A stretch of DNA of 32,000 bases from Candidatus Electrothrix yaqonensis (lineage in GTDB: Bacteria; Desulfobacterota; Desulfobulbia; Desulfobulbales; Desulfobulbaceae): contig CP178758.1 in NCBI GenBank assembly GCA_047651235.1, positions 2,970,001-3,002,000 of the forward strand, read 5' to 3'. Positions within the stretch are counted from its first letter, which is position 1; each line of letters begins with the position of its first letter. The position numbers and the translations under genes are program-made. The notes beneath the pieces are model-generated. The model was not told the origin of the DNA and made no database searches. It saw only the letters and a program-made list of their open reading frames with translations. Positions 16,710 to 24,706 of the stretch are shown piece by piece.

Positions 16710-18437
16710 TTACCCTTTCTTTACCCTCCTGTCTCGGTATCCCGATCTGCGTCTGCCGTTCCTCCCCGCAGCGTCTGCATTTCTGCCCGGTACAACCTTA
16801 ATGCTTACAGCTCTGCCGTTAATTTCGGCCTGCTGAAAGGCATGCATGATCTGGGGAATAAATCTGCTGTCCCCCTCCAGGGTAGCCGTATTCCGCATAA
16901 TCTCGATTTTGCCGATTCTGATTTTTCCTCCGCCAGGCACCCCGTTAATGGTGCTTATAAGATTCTCCGGCAAAATACCGCTGCGGCGACCGACGTTGAG
17001 ATGAAACCGGGTAAATTCTTTGCCGTTATCAGTACATCGCTGCTCAGCACGTCGCGGCTGCGGCTTCTTTCTCCCCCTGTCCTTTTTCTCCTGTTGCTTC
17101 CCTTTGAGCGGCGGCGGATTCAGATCGGGTGCATCCTGATAGTATTCCAGCAATCGGTTGGATTCCAGGGAAAGAAACCTCCTGAGCAGCTGCTCCCGAT
17201 CCAGATGTTCCAGCTCTGCGGCCAGTTCGACATATAGCGGATCAATCTGCTCATGATTGACCGTTACTCCCTTGACCCGATCAATCAGGACGGCCAGATG
17301 ATTCCTGCAGATGTCCTGCCCGCTGGGCACAGGGCAGTGCCGGAATTTTTTCCGGATACGGTTTTCAATCTGCCTGAGCTTATACAGCTCCCGTCTGTCA
17401 ACCAAGGCAGCAGAGGTACCGCTTCGCCCTGCCCGTCCGGTCCGTCCGCTCCGGTGCGTGTAGGCGGCCGTGTCATCCGGCAGGCTGTAGTTGATCACAT
17501 GGGTCAGGTCATTGACATCCAGTCCTCTGGCTGCCACATCAGTGGCCACCAGCAGCCTGGACTGGCCGCTGCGGAATTTTTTCATCACCGCATCACGCTG
17601 GGCCTGACTCAGATCGCCGTGCAGCGCATCAGCCCGGTAGCCGTCCTGCGTTAGTTTGTCGGCAATTGCCTGAGTGTCCATTTTGGTCCGACAGAAGATA
17701 ATAGAGTAAATCTCCGGGCAGTTATCCAGGATTCTCTTCAACGCCGGATACCGGTCCCTGCTGTTGACCAGATAGTACTCATGCGCAACGTTCTCCGCCC
17801 CCGCATTGAGTTGGCCGACCGTCACCTCGACCGGATCGGACATGTACCTGCCTGCGATCTTTGTAACCTCTTTGGACATAGTGGCGGAAAAGAGCAGGGT
17901 ATTCTTCTCTTTGGGCGTAACGGCCAGAATGGCATTCAGCTCCTCCTGAAATCCCATCTGCAGCATTTCGTCTGCTTCATCAAAGACAACGTAGCGGACA
18001 GTGGAAATATCGACCGCCCCCCGAGTGATCAGGTCTTTCAGCCGACCGGGGGTAGCAACGATGATCTGCACCCCGCTGCGCAGTGCCCGAATCTGCTGAT
18101 CAATACGGGCACCACCATAAACGGCGAGCACCTTGATTCCTTCAAGAAAACGGGAAAAAGAGGTGAGATCCGAGGCGACCTGCATACAGAGTTCCCGGGT
18201 CGGGCAAAGGACCAGCCCCTGTGTCTGTCTGTTGTGCGGATCGGCAAGCTGAATGAGCGGTAGGCCGAAGGCTGCGGTTTTGCCTGTTCCCGTCTGGGCC
18301 AGGCTGACGATATCAACCTCCTGCTCAAGGAGCAGCGGAATGACCTGCGCCTGCACAGGGGTTGGTTCTTCAAATCCCAATGCAGTAAGGGCGTCGATGA
18401 TTTCGCCGTTGAGGCCGATATCTGAAAATGTACGCAT
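16710..18437 (-). CDS. deaD: DEAD-box ATP-dependent RNA helicase with a C-terminal DbpA-type RNA-binding domain (DeaD/CsdA-like)
   Basis: 575 aa. It has a Q-motif (FEEPTPVQ), AQTGTGKT, PTRELC, DEAD, SAT, HRSGRTGRAG and a basic linker. The C-terminus has FHLNVGRRSGILPENLISTI...IGKIEIMRNTATLE. Confidence 0.85.
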   Translation of the reverse strand: MRTFSDIGLNGEIIDALTALGFEEPTPVQAQVIPLLLEQEVDIVSLAQTGTGKTAAFGLPLIQLADPHNRQTQGLVLCPTRELCMQVASDLTSFSRFLEGIKVLAVYGGARIDQQIRALRSGVQIIVATPGRLKDLITRGAVDISTVRYVVFDEADEMLQMGFQEELNAILAVTPKEKNTLLFSATMSKEVTKIAGRYMSDPVEVTVGQLNAGAENVAHEYYLVNSRDRYPALKRILDNCPEIYSIIFCRTKMDTQAIADKLTQDGYRADALHGDLSQAQRDAVMKKFRSGQSRLLVATDVAARGLDVNDLTHVINYSLPDDTAAYTHRSGRTGRAGRSGTSAALVDRRELYKLRQIENRIRKKFRHCPVPSGQDICRNHLAVLIDRVKGVTVNHEQIDPLYVELAAELEHLDREQLLRRFLSLESNRLLEYYQDAPDLNPPPLKGKQQEKKDRGRKKPQPRRAEQRCTDNGKEFTRFHLNVGRRSGILPENLISTINGVPGGGKIRIGKIEIMRNTATLEGDSRFIPQIMHAFQQAEINGRAVSIKVVPGRNADAAGRNGRRRSGYRDRRVKKG

Positions 18438-18556
18438 AAGTAAAAAACTCTTTTTGTGTTATAAAAAAGCGCATTCCTGCTCAGAGGACTACGCTGTACG
18501 GACAGCGGTTCTTTGTGCAATGTGTGCAACGGACACAGATATGATTTTAACAGTAC

Positions 18557-18576
18557 GCTAACCTCTGCAGGTTAGC
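18557..18576 (-). terminator. Possible terminator hairpin after the three-gene operon (weak U-tract)
   Basis: A perfect 8 bp stem GCTAACCT / AGGTTAGC with a 4 nt loop sits 69 nt below the ATPase stop. The minus-strand 3' flank GTACTGTTAAAATC is only moderately U-rich. The site is also within the upstream region of the helicase gene. Confidence 0.3.
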
Positions 18577-18644
18577 TTTCCTGAGCACTCAGCAACTGCC
18601 TTATTTCACCAACTTTTCCTGACTCTCCTGAAAGTAAGAAACTG

Positions 18645-20363
18645 TCAGTTTCCCCCTGTTCCTCCAAACTGAATCCCCAGCAATTTGTTTTCCGGGTTAT
18701 CTCCTGTCAGTTTGAGAGCCACGGCTTTTTCGAGTGCATTAATCTGTTCATCCGTCAGATACGGACGCATTGCTTGATAATTTTCCGTATTTAGGGAGGC
18801 TATATACTGCTTTCCGATTCTTTCTGCATTGGTTGCAACATGGGTAAACCAAGCTGCACGGACTTTCGGGCATACATTTGCGAATAATCGGTTGTCATGC
18901 CATAAAAATCCCATACTGTGGTGAGAGCCTAGTGTGAGCATCAGCCAATCAAAACAGAGAATTCTGGCATCATTGATTCCGTCAGAATCATCGCCCTGTA
19001 TTTCTACAGATAAATCATACCGTATCTGGTTTCTGTCACTTGAGTTATTTTCAAGCACTATTCCTGCCGGAGTGTGCGGGTACAGCTGCTCTACCAGTTC
19101 CGCATAGACAAATTCATGTTGGCGTAACGGCTCAGTTTGAGTAAATTCAGCAGCTTCTTTGTTTTCCTCCAGCATCTTTTCTTTGATAGTTTGTTTCTGC
19201 TGTTCCAACTTCTGTGCAAAGGCCATGTATTCTTTTAATCGGGCATGCTCTTCCTCTAAGCCAGCCAGTTGCGCGACAAGTGCTTTGTATTCATCAATAG
19301 CCCTTTTGCCATTCAATACCCGCAATAAGTTGTCACGGTTTCTGCCCTGTTCCTGAATCTTTTCTTCCAGTCTTTTTATTTTATTAATAATGCGTTTTTT
19401 ATCTGCTGCCAATCTGGTCTCACGGTTCTCAGTCAGTTTCTTATGGAAATTTTCAACAGCTTCAAAATGGCGCAGGGCTTCCGGTTGAAAAAGATGGCTC
19501 AAACCGGAATAAAGTTGTTGTAAATCACAATTTGATATATCCGGTTGCCGGTTGAGCAGTTTTTTTATTCCGTCCAGTTGAAAGCGTAATGCTGCAGCCT
19601 GTTTTTCAAGTTCCCGTAACTTTTTCGTCTGGGAATCTGCTTCCAGAATAAGCTCATGATAGTTGTCAGCCACTTCAAACGATTCAAGGTCAGTACGCAG
19701 CTTCGGAATTTCCCGGTCAAGCCAGTCAATCCTGACTTTCGGCTTGATGCCGGTCCGGAAGATGTCCCGTAATACCTGATCCCTTTCAAAAAGGCTTATT
19801 GATTTCTTCAGTTCGTCCAGATTCGTTTTGTATTTTTTTTTGCTGGCAACCGGAAAACAATCAATGCCCAACAAATACAGACTGCGCAGCTGTGCATCAA
19901 AAGGATTCTCTTTATGCGTTTTTACGGGGGCTTCACAATCGCTTCTCAACAAACGGGCAAACCGGGAAAACAATGATCTGAAACTCAATCCGGGCAGTTC
20001 ATCATCTATATGAAATGCTCCGCACTCATTAAGCCACTGACGATATTTCGTTAATTTGATAGCGTTGCCGTCCAGCAACAACTGCTTACCGTTACCGCTT
20101 CGTTCAACAAGGTGTTCTGTTGAATTAACTGAAAAGCGCAGCCTGAAAATCCAGTCAGGCACAGCATGCTGCAATTTTTTATTGGCATTGGCACCGAGAC
20201 AGTGGTGAATCAGTCCCAGGGCAAGCGTCTTACCTACGCCATTGCTGCTTCCTTCTTCTTTTGGATCTTTTGCTCCGTCTCCTAAAATCAGTGTCAGACC
20301 AACAGGATTAAACGAAATTGATTTAAAACTGCTCTGATCAGCGGCAAGTTCAATAATCTTCAT
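18645..20363 (-). CDS. DUF2326/YydD-type ABC ATPase with a long coiled-coil insert (ABC-3C / Lamassu LmuB-like component)
   Basis: 572 aa. The N-terminus is FKSISFNPVGLTLILG...SSNGVGKTLALGLIHHCLGA (Walker A). About 230 aa of E/K/L/Q-rich heptad-like sequence follows (LRELEKQAAALRFQLDGIKKLL..., IKRLEEKIQEQGRNRDNLL..., LEEEHARLKEYMAFAQKLEQQKQTIKE). The C-terminal part has a Walker-B-like GFLWHDNRLF. Confidence 0.8.
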   Translation of the reverse strand: MKIIELAADQSSFKSISFNPVGLTLILGDGAKDPKEEGSSNGVGKTLALGLIHHCLGANANKKLQHAVPDWIFRLRFSVNSTEHLVERSGNGKQLLLDGNAIKLTKYRQWLNECGAFHIDDELPGLSFRSLFSRFARLLRSDCEAPVKTHKENPFDAQLRSLYLLGIDCFPVASKKKYKTNLDELKKSISLFERDQVLRDIFRTGIKPKVRIDWLDREIPKLRTDLESFEVADNYHELILEADSQTKKLRELEKQAAALRFQLDGIKKLLNRQPDISNCDLQQLYSGLSHLFQPEALRHFEAVENFHKKLTENRETRLAADKKRIINKIKRLEEKIQEQGRNRDNLLRVLNGKRAIDEYKALVAQLAGLEEEHARLKEYMAFAQKLEQQKQTIKEKMLEENKEAAEFTQTEPLRQHEFVYAELVEQLYPHTPAGIVLENNSSDRNQIRYDLSVEIQGDDSDGINDARILCFDWLMLTLGSHHSMGFLWHDNRLFANVCPKVRAAWFTHVATNAERIGKQYIASLNTENYQAMRPYLTDEQINALEKAVALKLTGDNPENKLLGIQFGGTGGN

Positions 20364-20628
20364 AACTAACCAGCTTTATTCTACTGCTGTTGCTGTCAAC
20401 AACTTCAATCTGCTGTAAGGCAAACAGAATATCCACAGCGAGAATCAAATGCTCAAAAGGTGGGCGCGATAACCAACCGGAATTATCCCGATCAATTAAG
20501 CTCCAAAGTTCATCCAATGTTCGTGGTTGGCTGAGAAGACCGCGCAGGAATCCTGCCAAGCCGACTAATGAATCGCAGAATCGAACATGTTTATGTGGTG
20601 CTAATATCATCTGGATGTTCATAGGCAT
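20350..20628 (-). CDS. Small helical protein, ABC-3C middle component-like (LmuC/DdmB position)
   Basis: About 92 aa, with sequence FCDSLVGLAGFLRGLLSQPRTLDELWSLIDR...PPFEHLILAVDILFALQQIEVVDSNSSRIKL, which looks like a winged-helix middle component. It overlaps the ATPase start by 14 nt and the effector 3' end by 20-50 nt. The start is uncertain (TTG 20640; ATG 20628, 20622 or 20610). Confidence 0.6.
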   Translation of the reverse strand: MPMNIQMILAPHKHVRFCDSLVGLAGFLRGLLSQPRTLDELWSLIDRDNSGWLSRPPFEHLILAVDILFALQQIEVVDSNSSRIKLVSYEDY

Positions 20629-21541
20629 CACACGTTTCAAAATATTTCGCTATAACGACCTGTGCGGCCTCCCGGTATGCTTTTAAGCTATGGGGGTGTT
20701 TTTTCATGTGCGGAGGTATAAGCTCCTCAACCATCCATACGTATCGTATATTCGGATACCCGTCATTGTTTTTGCGAATTTTCTCTTTACTTTTTTCATA
20801 TATTTTTTTTATTTCTCCGGCAATACTCTGCGTTAATCCCGGTCGATTCTGGAGAAAAAAATCAATATCTTGGCTTTGATAATAATAGAACTTGATGTAG
20901 TCCGTTACCGGTTGCGTTAATCCATTAAGCTGAATCTTCCCGCCAAATTCAGGGGCTGATTCACAGAGAAATGGTGAGAGAACCGAATCTTTATCTGCTA
21001 AATGAGTCAGTAGCTCACTCACGGCCTGAGGATCAATAAAGTTGGGTACATCAGAGGGAACCCCGCCGATAATGGACATTTTTTGATCATCGGTAAGTTC
21101 CATAAAGAGCTGTTCAAGTCTCCCGGCGTTCCATACTCCCACTTCCTCTAATTCGTATTGCTCCTGCAACGTTATCATTGCCTGACTTAACGGTGCAGGA
21201 ACTCCTTCGAAGCGATCGTTATAGACAAAATGATAGCATCTTGCCTTTGGCCATTTCTGTAGAATTTTATCAAAATCTCCTGTTATTTTTCCAGTGATAG
21301 TTGAGAGAGACTCTGTCGTTTTTGATGCTTTCGGTCCATAAACCTGAAAATATCTTTTTTCTAATGGGAACCAGCCGTCATTACCGCCATCTCCCCAGTT
21401 CCCATGAGGTTGAACAGATTCAAAATCAGGATAGCGATATATCATCACATCCTGAAAGAGCTTTTGAAACGATTCACCGGACACTTCATAAAACTTCAGC
21501 TTTAAAAGCGTCCTGTACCAGAAGTTATCTCCTGCACTCAT
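20591..21541 (-). CDS. Putative effector of the three-gene system: N-terminal Mrr/PD-(D/E)xK-like nuclease domain plus a helical C-terminal coupling domain
   Basis: 316 aa. FQKLFQDVMIYRYPDFESVQPHGNWGDGGNDGWFPLEKRYFQVYGPK resembles the Mrr_cat pattern (fE.l...GDgGiDg...vQcK), with Tyr in place of the Lys. The C-terminal ~150 aa are helical and end in AAQVVIAKYFETCDAYEHP. The ATG overlaps the lysA stop (ATGA). Confidence 0.55.
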   Translation of the reverse strand: MSAGDNFWYRTLLKLKFYEVSGESFQKLFQDVMIYRYPDFESVQPHGNWGDGGNDGWFPLEKRYFQVYGPKASKTTESLSTITGKITGDFDKILQKWPKARCYHFVYNDRFEGVPAPLSQAMITLQEQYELEEVGVWNAGRLEQLFMELTDDQKMSIIGGVPSDVPNFIDPQAVSELLTHLADKDSVLSPFLCESAPEFGGKIQLNGLTQPVTDYIKFYYYQSQDIDFFLQNRPGLTQSIAGEIKKIYEKSKEKIRKNNDGYPNIRYVWMVEELIPPHMKKHPHSLKAYREAAQVVIAKYFETCDAYEHPDDISTT

Positions 21542-22803
21542 GAGGCAACAGTCTCCCCCCGCACCAGATCCTCATAGCTTTCCCGCTGCCGGATGACCCG
21601 GAACTGATCACCGCTGACCAGCACCTCGGCCACCTTGGGCCGGGAGTTATAGGTGGAGGACATGGAAAAACCGTAGGCGCCGCAGCTCATCACAGCCAGC
21701 AGCTCACCGGGCTGCACCTGGGGCATCATCCGGTCACGGGCCATGAAATCACCGGTTTCGCAGATCGGGCCGACAACATCGACCTCCTGCTTTTCCGCAT
21801 TCTCAGCAGGCTCCTGCACCGGGAGAATTTCATGATAGGCACTGTACAGAGAAGGCCGGGCCAGGTCGTTCATGGCCGCATCGACAATGACAAAGCGCTT
21901 TTCTTTTTCCCCGCCTGTGTTAGCCTTGGTGTACTGAACTTCCGTGACCAGGATGCCTGCGTTGCCGGTAATTACCCGGCCCGGCTCCAGAATCAAGGTG
22001 CAGTTCATGTCGGCCAGTTCGGCCTTGATTGCAGCGGCATAGTCCACCGGATGGGGGGGCTGCTCATCGTCATAGGTGATCCCGACTCCGCCGCCGAGGT
22101 CAAGGTACTGAATACTGATCCCTTCCTGTTTCAGCTTGGCCACAAAGTTCTTTACCTTGCCCAGGGCCTCGATAAACGGATCGATTTGGGTGAGCTGGGA
22201 GCCGATATGACAGCTCACGCCGATGATCTCAATATTTTCCATCTCTCTGGCCCGCAGGTACTCCTGCAGGGCCTCGTTGACCGGGATACCGAATTTGTTT
22301 TTCGCCAGCCCGGTGGAGATATAGGCATGGGTTTTGGGATCAACATCCGGGTTGATGCGGAAAGCGATCCGGGCCGTGGTGCTCAGTTCCGCTGCAACCT
22401 CCTGCAGGCGGTCCAGCTCCTGGGGTGACTCCACATTAAACATCAGGATACCGGCCTCCAGAGCCTCGCGCATTTCGGTCCGGGTCTTACCTGCCCCGGA
22501 ATAGATAATCTTCTGCGGATCAATCCCGGCCTTCACCGCCCGGAACAGCTCGCCGCCGGAGACAATATCTGCCCCGCCGCCCATCCGGACAAAAATCTTG
22601 AGAATAGCAAGATTGGAACAGGCCTTGACCGCAAAGCAGGTTTGGTGCTGCATCCCGGCAAAACCGGAATCAAAGGCATCAAAATGACGCTGCAGAGTTG
22701 CAGTACTGTAGAGATAAAAAGGGGTGCCAACTTCCTTGGCGATATCCTGCACAGGTTTGTCTTCGCAGCAGAGGATTCCGTTTTTATAATTAAAATGATT
22801 CAT
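21538..22803 (-). CDS. lysA: Diaminopimelate decarboxylase
   Basis: It matches the LysA/PLP-dependent decarboxylase family (GTPFYLYS..., FAVKACSNLAILK, HIGSQ, LDLGGGVGI, EPGRVITGNAG, CETGD, GAYGFSMSSTYNSRP). The start is set at the MNHFNYKNG ATG at 22803. Confidence 0.9.
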   Translation of the reverse strand: MNHFNYKNGILCCEDKPVQDIAKEVGTPFYLYSTATLQRHFDAFDSGFAGMQHQTCFAVKACSNLAILKIFVRMGGGADIVSGGELFRAVKAGIDPQKIIYSGAGKTRTEMREALEAGILMFNVESPQELDRLQEVAAELSTTARIAFRINPDVDPKTHAYISTGLAKNKFGIPVNEALQEYLRAREMENIEIIGVSCHIGSQLTQIDPFIEALGKVKNFVAKLKQEGISIQYLDLGGGVGITYDDEQPPHPVDYAAAIKAELADMNCTLILEPGRVITGNAGILVTEVQYTKANTGGEKEKRFVIVDAAMNDLARPSLYSAYHEILPVQEPAENAEKQEVDVVGPICETGDFMARDRMMPQVQPGELLAVMSCGAYGFSMSSTYNSRPKVAEVLVSGDQFRVIRQRESYEDLVRGETVAS

Positions 22804-22871
22804 GGTGGTAAACGTTATTTTTTGGAGAGAAGTACCCTGTTGAACAGGCTGATATAGAATCGACAGAAAAG

Positions 22872-23288
22872 TTATCGTATCCAATAGGGATGAACTTTTT
22901 TCAATTTTTCAAGAGCATCTAACTCATGATGATCAGCTGTAACAAGGCGGGCCTTTCGTATATTCGCCTCCGCAACAGCAATAGAATCAGCAAGAGAGAG
23001 TTTGTGTTGCGCTTTCAGAGAACCGGCTTCAAAGAAAACTTTATCGGATAGGGAGGAGATGATTTGAACAGGCAGCTTTTTTATCGTCTGTAGAACCAAA
23101 TCGGCAGTTTCATACCCATCATCTCTGTATACACCGTAGTATATCTCCAGCAGATTGATTTTGTGGATTACTAATTGATGCGTTTTGTTATCGGCATTCT
23201 CAAGTAAATCTTCAACAAGATCCGCGCCGGGTTCATCGCCTAAAAAAGCGATCAGGGCACAGGCATCCAGTACAAAGGTTTCGTTCAT
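22872..23288 (-). CDS. vapC: PIN-domain toxin VapC
   Basis: 138 aa. PIN acidic residues are in the expected contexts (FVLDACALIAFL, LLEIYY, LSLADSIAVAEA, LVTADHHE). Confidence 0.8.
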   Translation of the reverse strand: MNETFVLDACALIAFLGDEPGADLVEDLLENADNKTHQLVIHKINLLEIYYGVYRDDGYETADLVLQTIKKLPVQIISSLSDKVFFEAGSLKAQHKLSLADSIAVAEANIRKARLVTADHHELDALEKLKKVHPYWIR

Positions 23289-23509
23289 CTCTCTGCGGCC
23301 TTATCTTCTTTTTTTAATTGGAAATATCTTTCCGTGGAAAAATTTTTATTTTTCAGAACACCTCTTGCTTCTTTCACTGATCGGGGCACCGTTTTCATCA
23401 TAATGCCGTCTCCAACCTCTATAAATTGGATTACTTTTCCGATGAGTTTCTTGGCTATCTCATTCGGGAGCTTAATGTGCGCCGTATCGATTTTCAGTGT
23501 ATTCTGCAT
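23285..23509 (-). CDS. AbrB/MazE/SpoVT-family antitoxin (VapB-like)
   Basis: 74 aa. The N-terminus, IKLPNEIAKKLIGKVIQFIEVGDGIMMKTV, looks like a swapped-hairpin beta-barrel. A 4 nt ATGA overlap joins it to vapC. Confidence 0.7.
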   Translation of the reverse strand: MQNTLKIDTAHIKLPNEIAKKLIGKVIQFIEVGDGIMMKTVPRSVKEARGVLKNKNFSTERYFQLKKEDKAAER

Positions 23510-23550
23510 GTGGAACAGCCATTATTTTATGTGAGAGAATCGTCTTCTGT

Positions 23551-23604
23551 TCCCTCCGGAGAGCACAGCATCTTTTCAGTGAGTATCTTTTCTTTCCGGA
23601 GGGA
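23551..23604. repeat. Perfect 10 bp inverted repeat (TCCCTCCGGA / TCCGGAGGGA) with a 34 nt spacer, between the lipoprotein stop and the vapB start
   Basis: 23551-23560 and 23595-23604 are exact reverse complements, and 2-3 further inner pairs are possible. It could be a terminator for argH-lipoprotein or a VapB operator. Confidence 0.5.
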
Positions 23605-23633
23605 GACGTTATTTTATCGACCAGCCTGAGTCA

Positions 23634-24704
23634 TTACTCAGCCTCTACCTCAGCAGAGCGCTCACTCTCATTGGGCGGGTCGTTTTTGTCAAAACTGGTG
23701 ACCGAATAATAAACATACACATCTTTACCCGGCGCGTCCAGATCCTCATAAATAGTATAGGGCATTTCCACTGTCCCGATCGGCTGCGGAGTGGTTTCAT
23801 TGCCCAGACGCCGGTAGACCCGATACCCGGCCAGGTCGGCTTCCGTGCCCTGATCCCAGATAATCTTGACTGACCGTGCTGTACGGATGGTTTTCACATT
23901 TCCAGGAGGAGCCGGAGCGGTCTGATCCTCCACATTTACTTCAAGGGGTTCGGTAAAATGTCCGGCAACCATGTCCTCATTATATTCAGTCAAAGCCTGC
24001 ACGCGATATGCATACGCATGACTGCCGCCAACCTTAGTATCTTCATACTCCGGTGCAGTGAGCAGGCTGCCGATATCCTCAAAAGAGGCGCTGTCAACAC
24101 TGCGGGATACCTGGTACATGACCGGTCCCTTGATCGGGGTGCCGTCAGTATAATCGGCTACCGGCTGCCAGTGGAGCACAACCCTGCTGTCGTCAACGTC
24201 AGCCACAAGCCCTTCCGGAACTGCCGGAGGCGTCTCCCAGGTAAACGAAATCTGGTTGGAATCCGCAGAGGGCGTCAGCCAGCCGGTCCTGCTCCGTACC
24301 TTGAAGAAATACGTATGCGCCGGGCGGAGCAGCCCGATCTTATAACTTGCACTTCGTTGGCCCTCGCGTTCAGGAATATTTCCTCCGTCCACTTTGATTG
24401 GCGTTGTAAACGGCACAGGACAGGTTGTGCAGTATTTATCCGTCGGCACCTCGGCCCGGTAGAGCATGAAGGAGTCTATTTCCGTCAGCTCTTCTCCGCT
24501 CACGGTCCGGGTCGGATAACTCCAGTGCAAGACAGCCCCCTTATCAGTGAGTTCGTAGCGCAGATCGCTGATCGGCGCCGGAACCAGGGCCTGCGGCGCC
24601 ACCGGCATATCCTTGTATCCGCAACCGCTCAGCCCGCCTGCCAGCAGCATTCCGCCCAGCAGACAGCACCAGACAGCATTCCACATGTTCAAAAATATCT
24701 TCAT
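23634..24704 (-). CDS. Lipoprotein with three fibronectin type III-like repeats
   Basis: There is a signal peptide with the lipobox LSGC (MKIFLNMWNAVWCCLLGGMLLAGGLSGC). Three Fn3-like units are present (VLHWSYP...YRAEV, VLHWQPV...YQVSRS, IIWDQGTEADLAGYRVYRR). The start is 2 nt after the argH stop. Confidence 0.7.
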   Translation of the reverse strand: MKIFLNMWNAVWCCLLGGMLLAGGLSGCGYKDMPVAPQALVPAPISDLRYELTDKGAVLHWSYPTRTVSGEELTEIDSFMLYRAEVPTDKYCTTCPVPFTTPIKVDGGNIPEREGQRSASYKIGLLRPAHTYFFKVRSRTGWLTPSADSNQISFTWETPPAVPEGLVADVDDSRVVLHWQPVADYTDGTPIKGPVMYQVSRSVDSASFEDIGSLLTAPEYEDTKVGGSHAYAYRVQALTEYNEDMVAGHFTEPLEVNVEDQTAPAPPGNVKTIRTARSVKIIWDQGTEADLAGYRVYRRLGNETTPQPIGTVEMPYTIYEDLDAPGKDVYVYYSVTSFDKNDPPNESERSAEVEAE

Positions 24705-24706
24705 GA

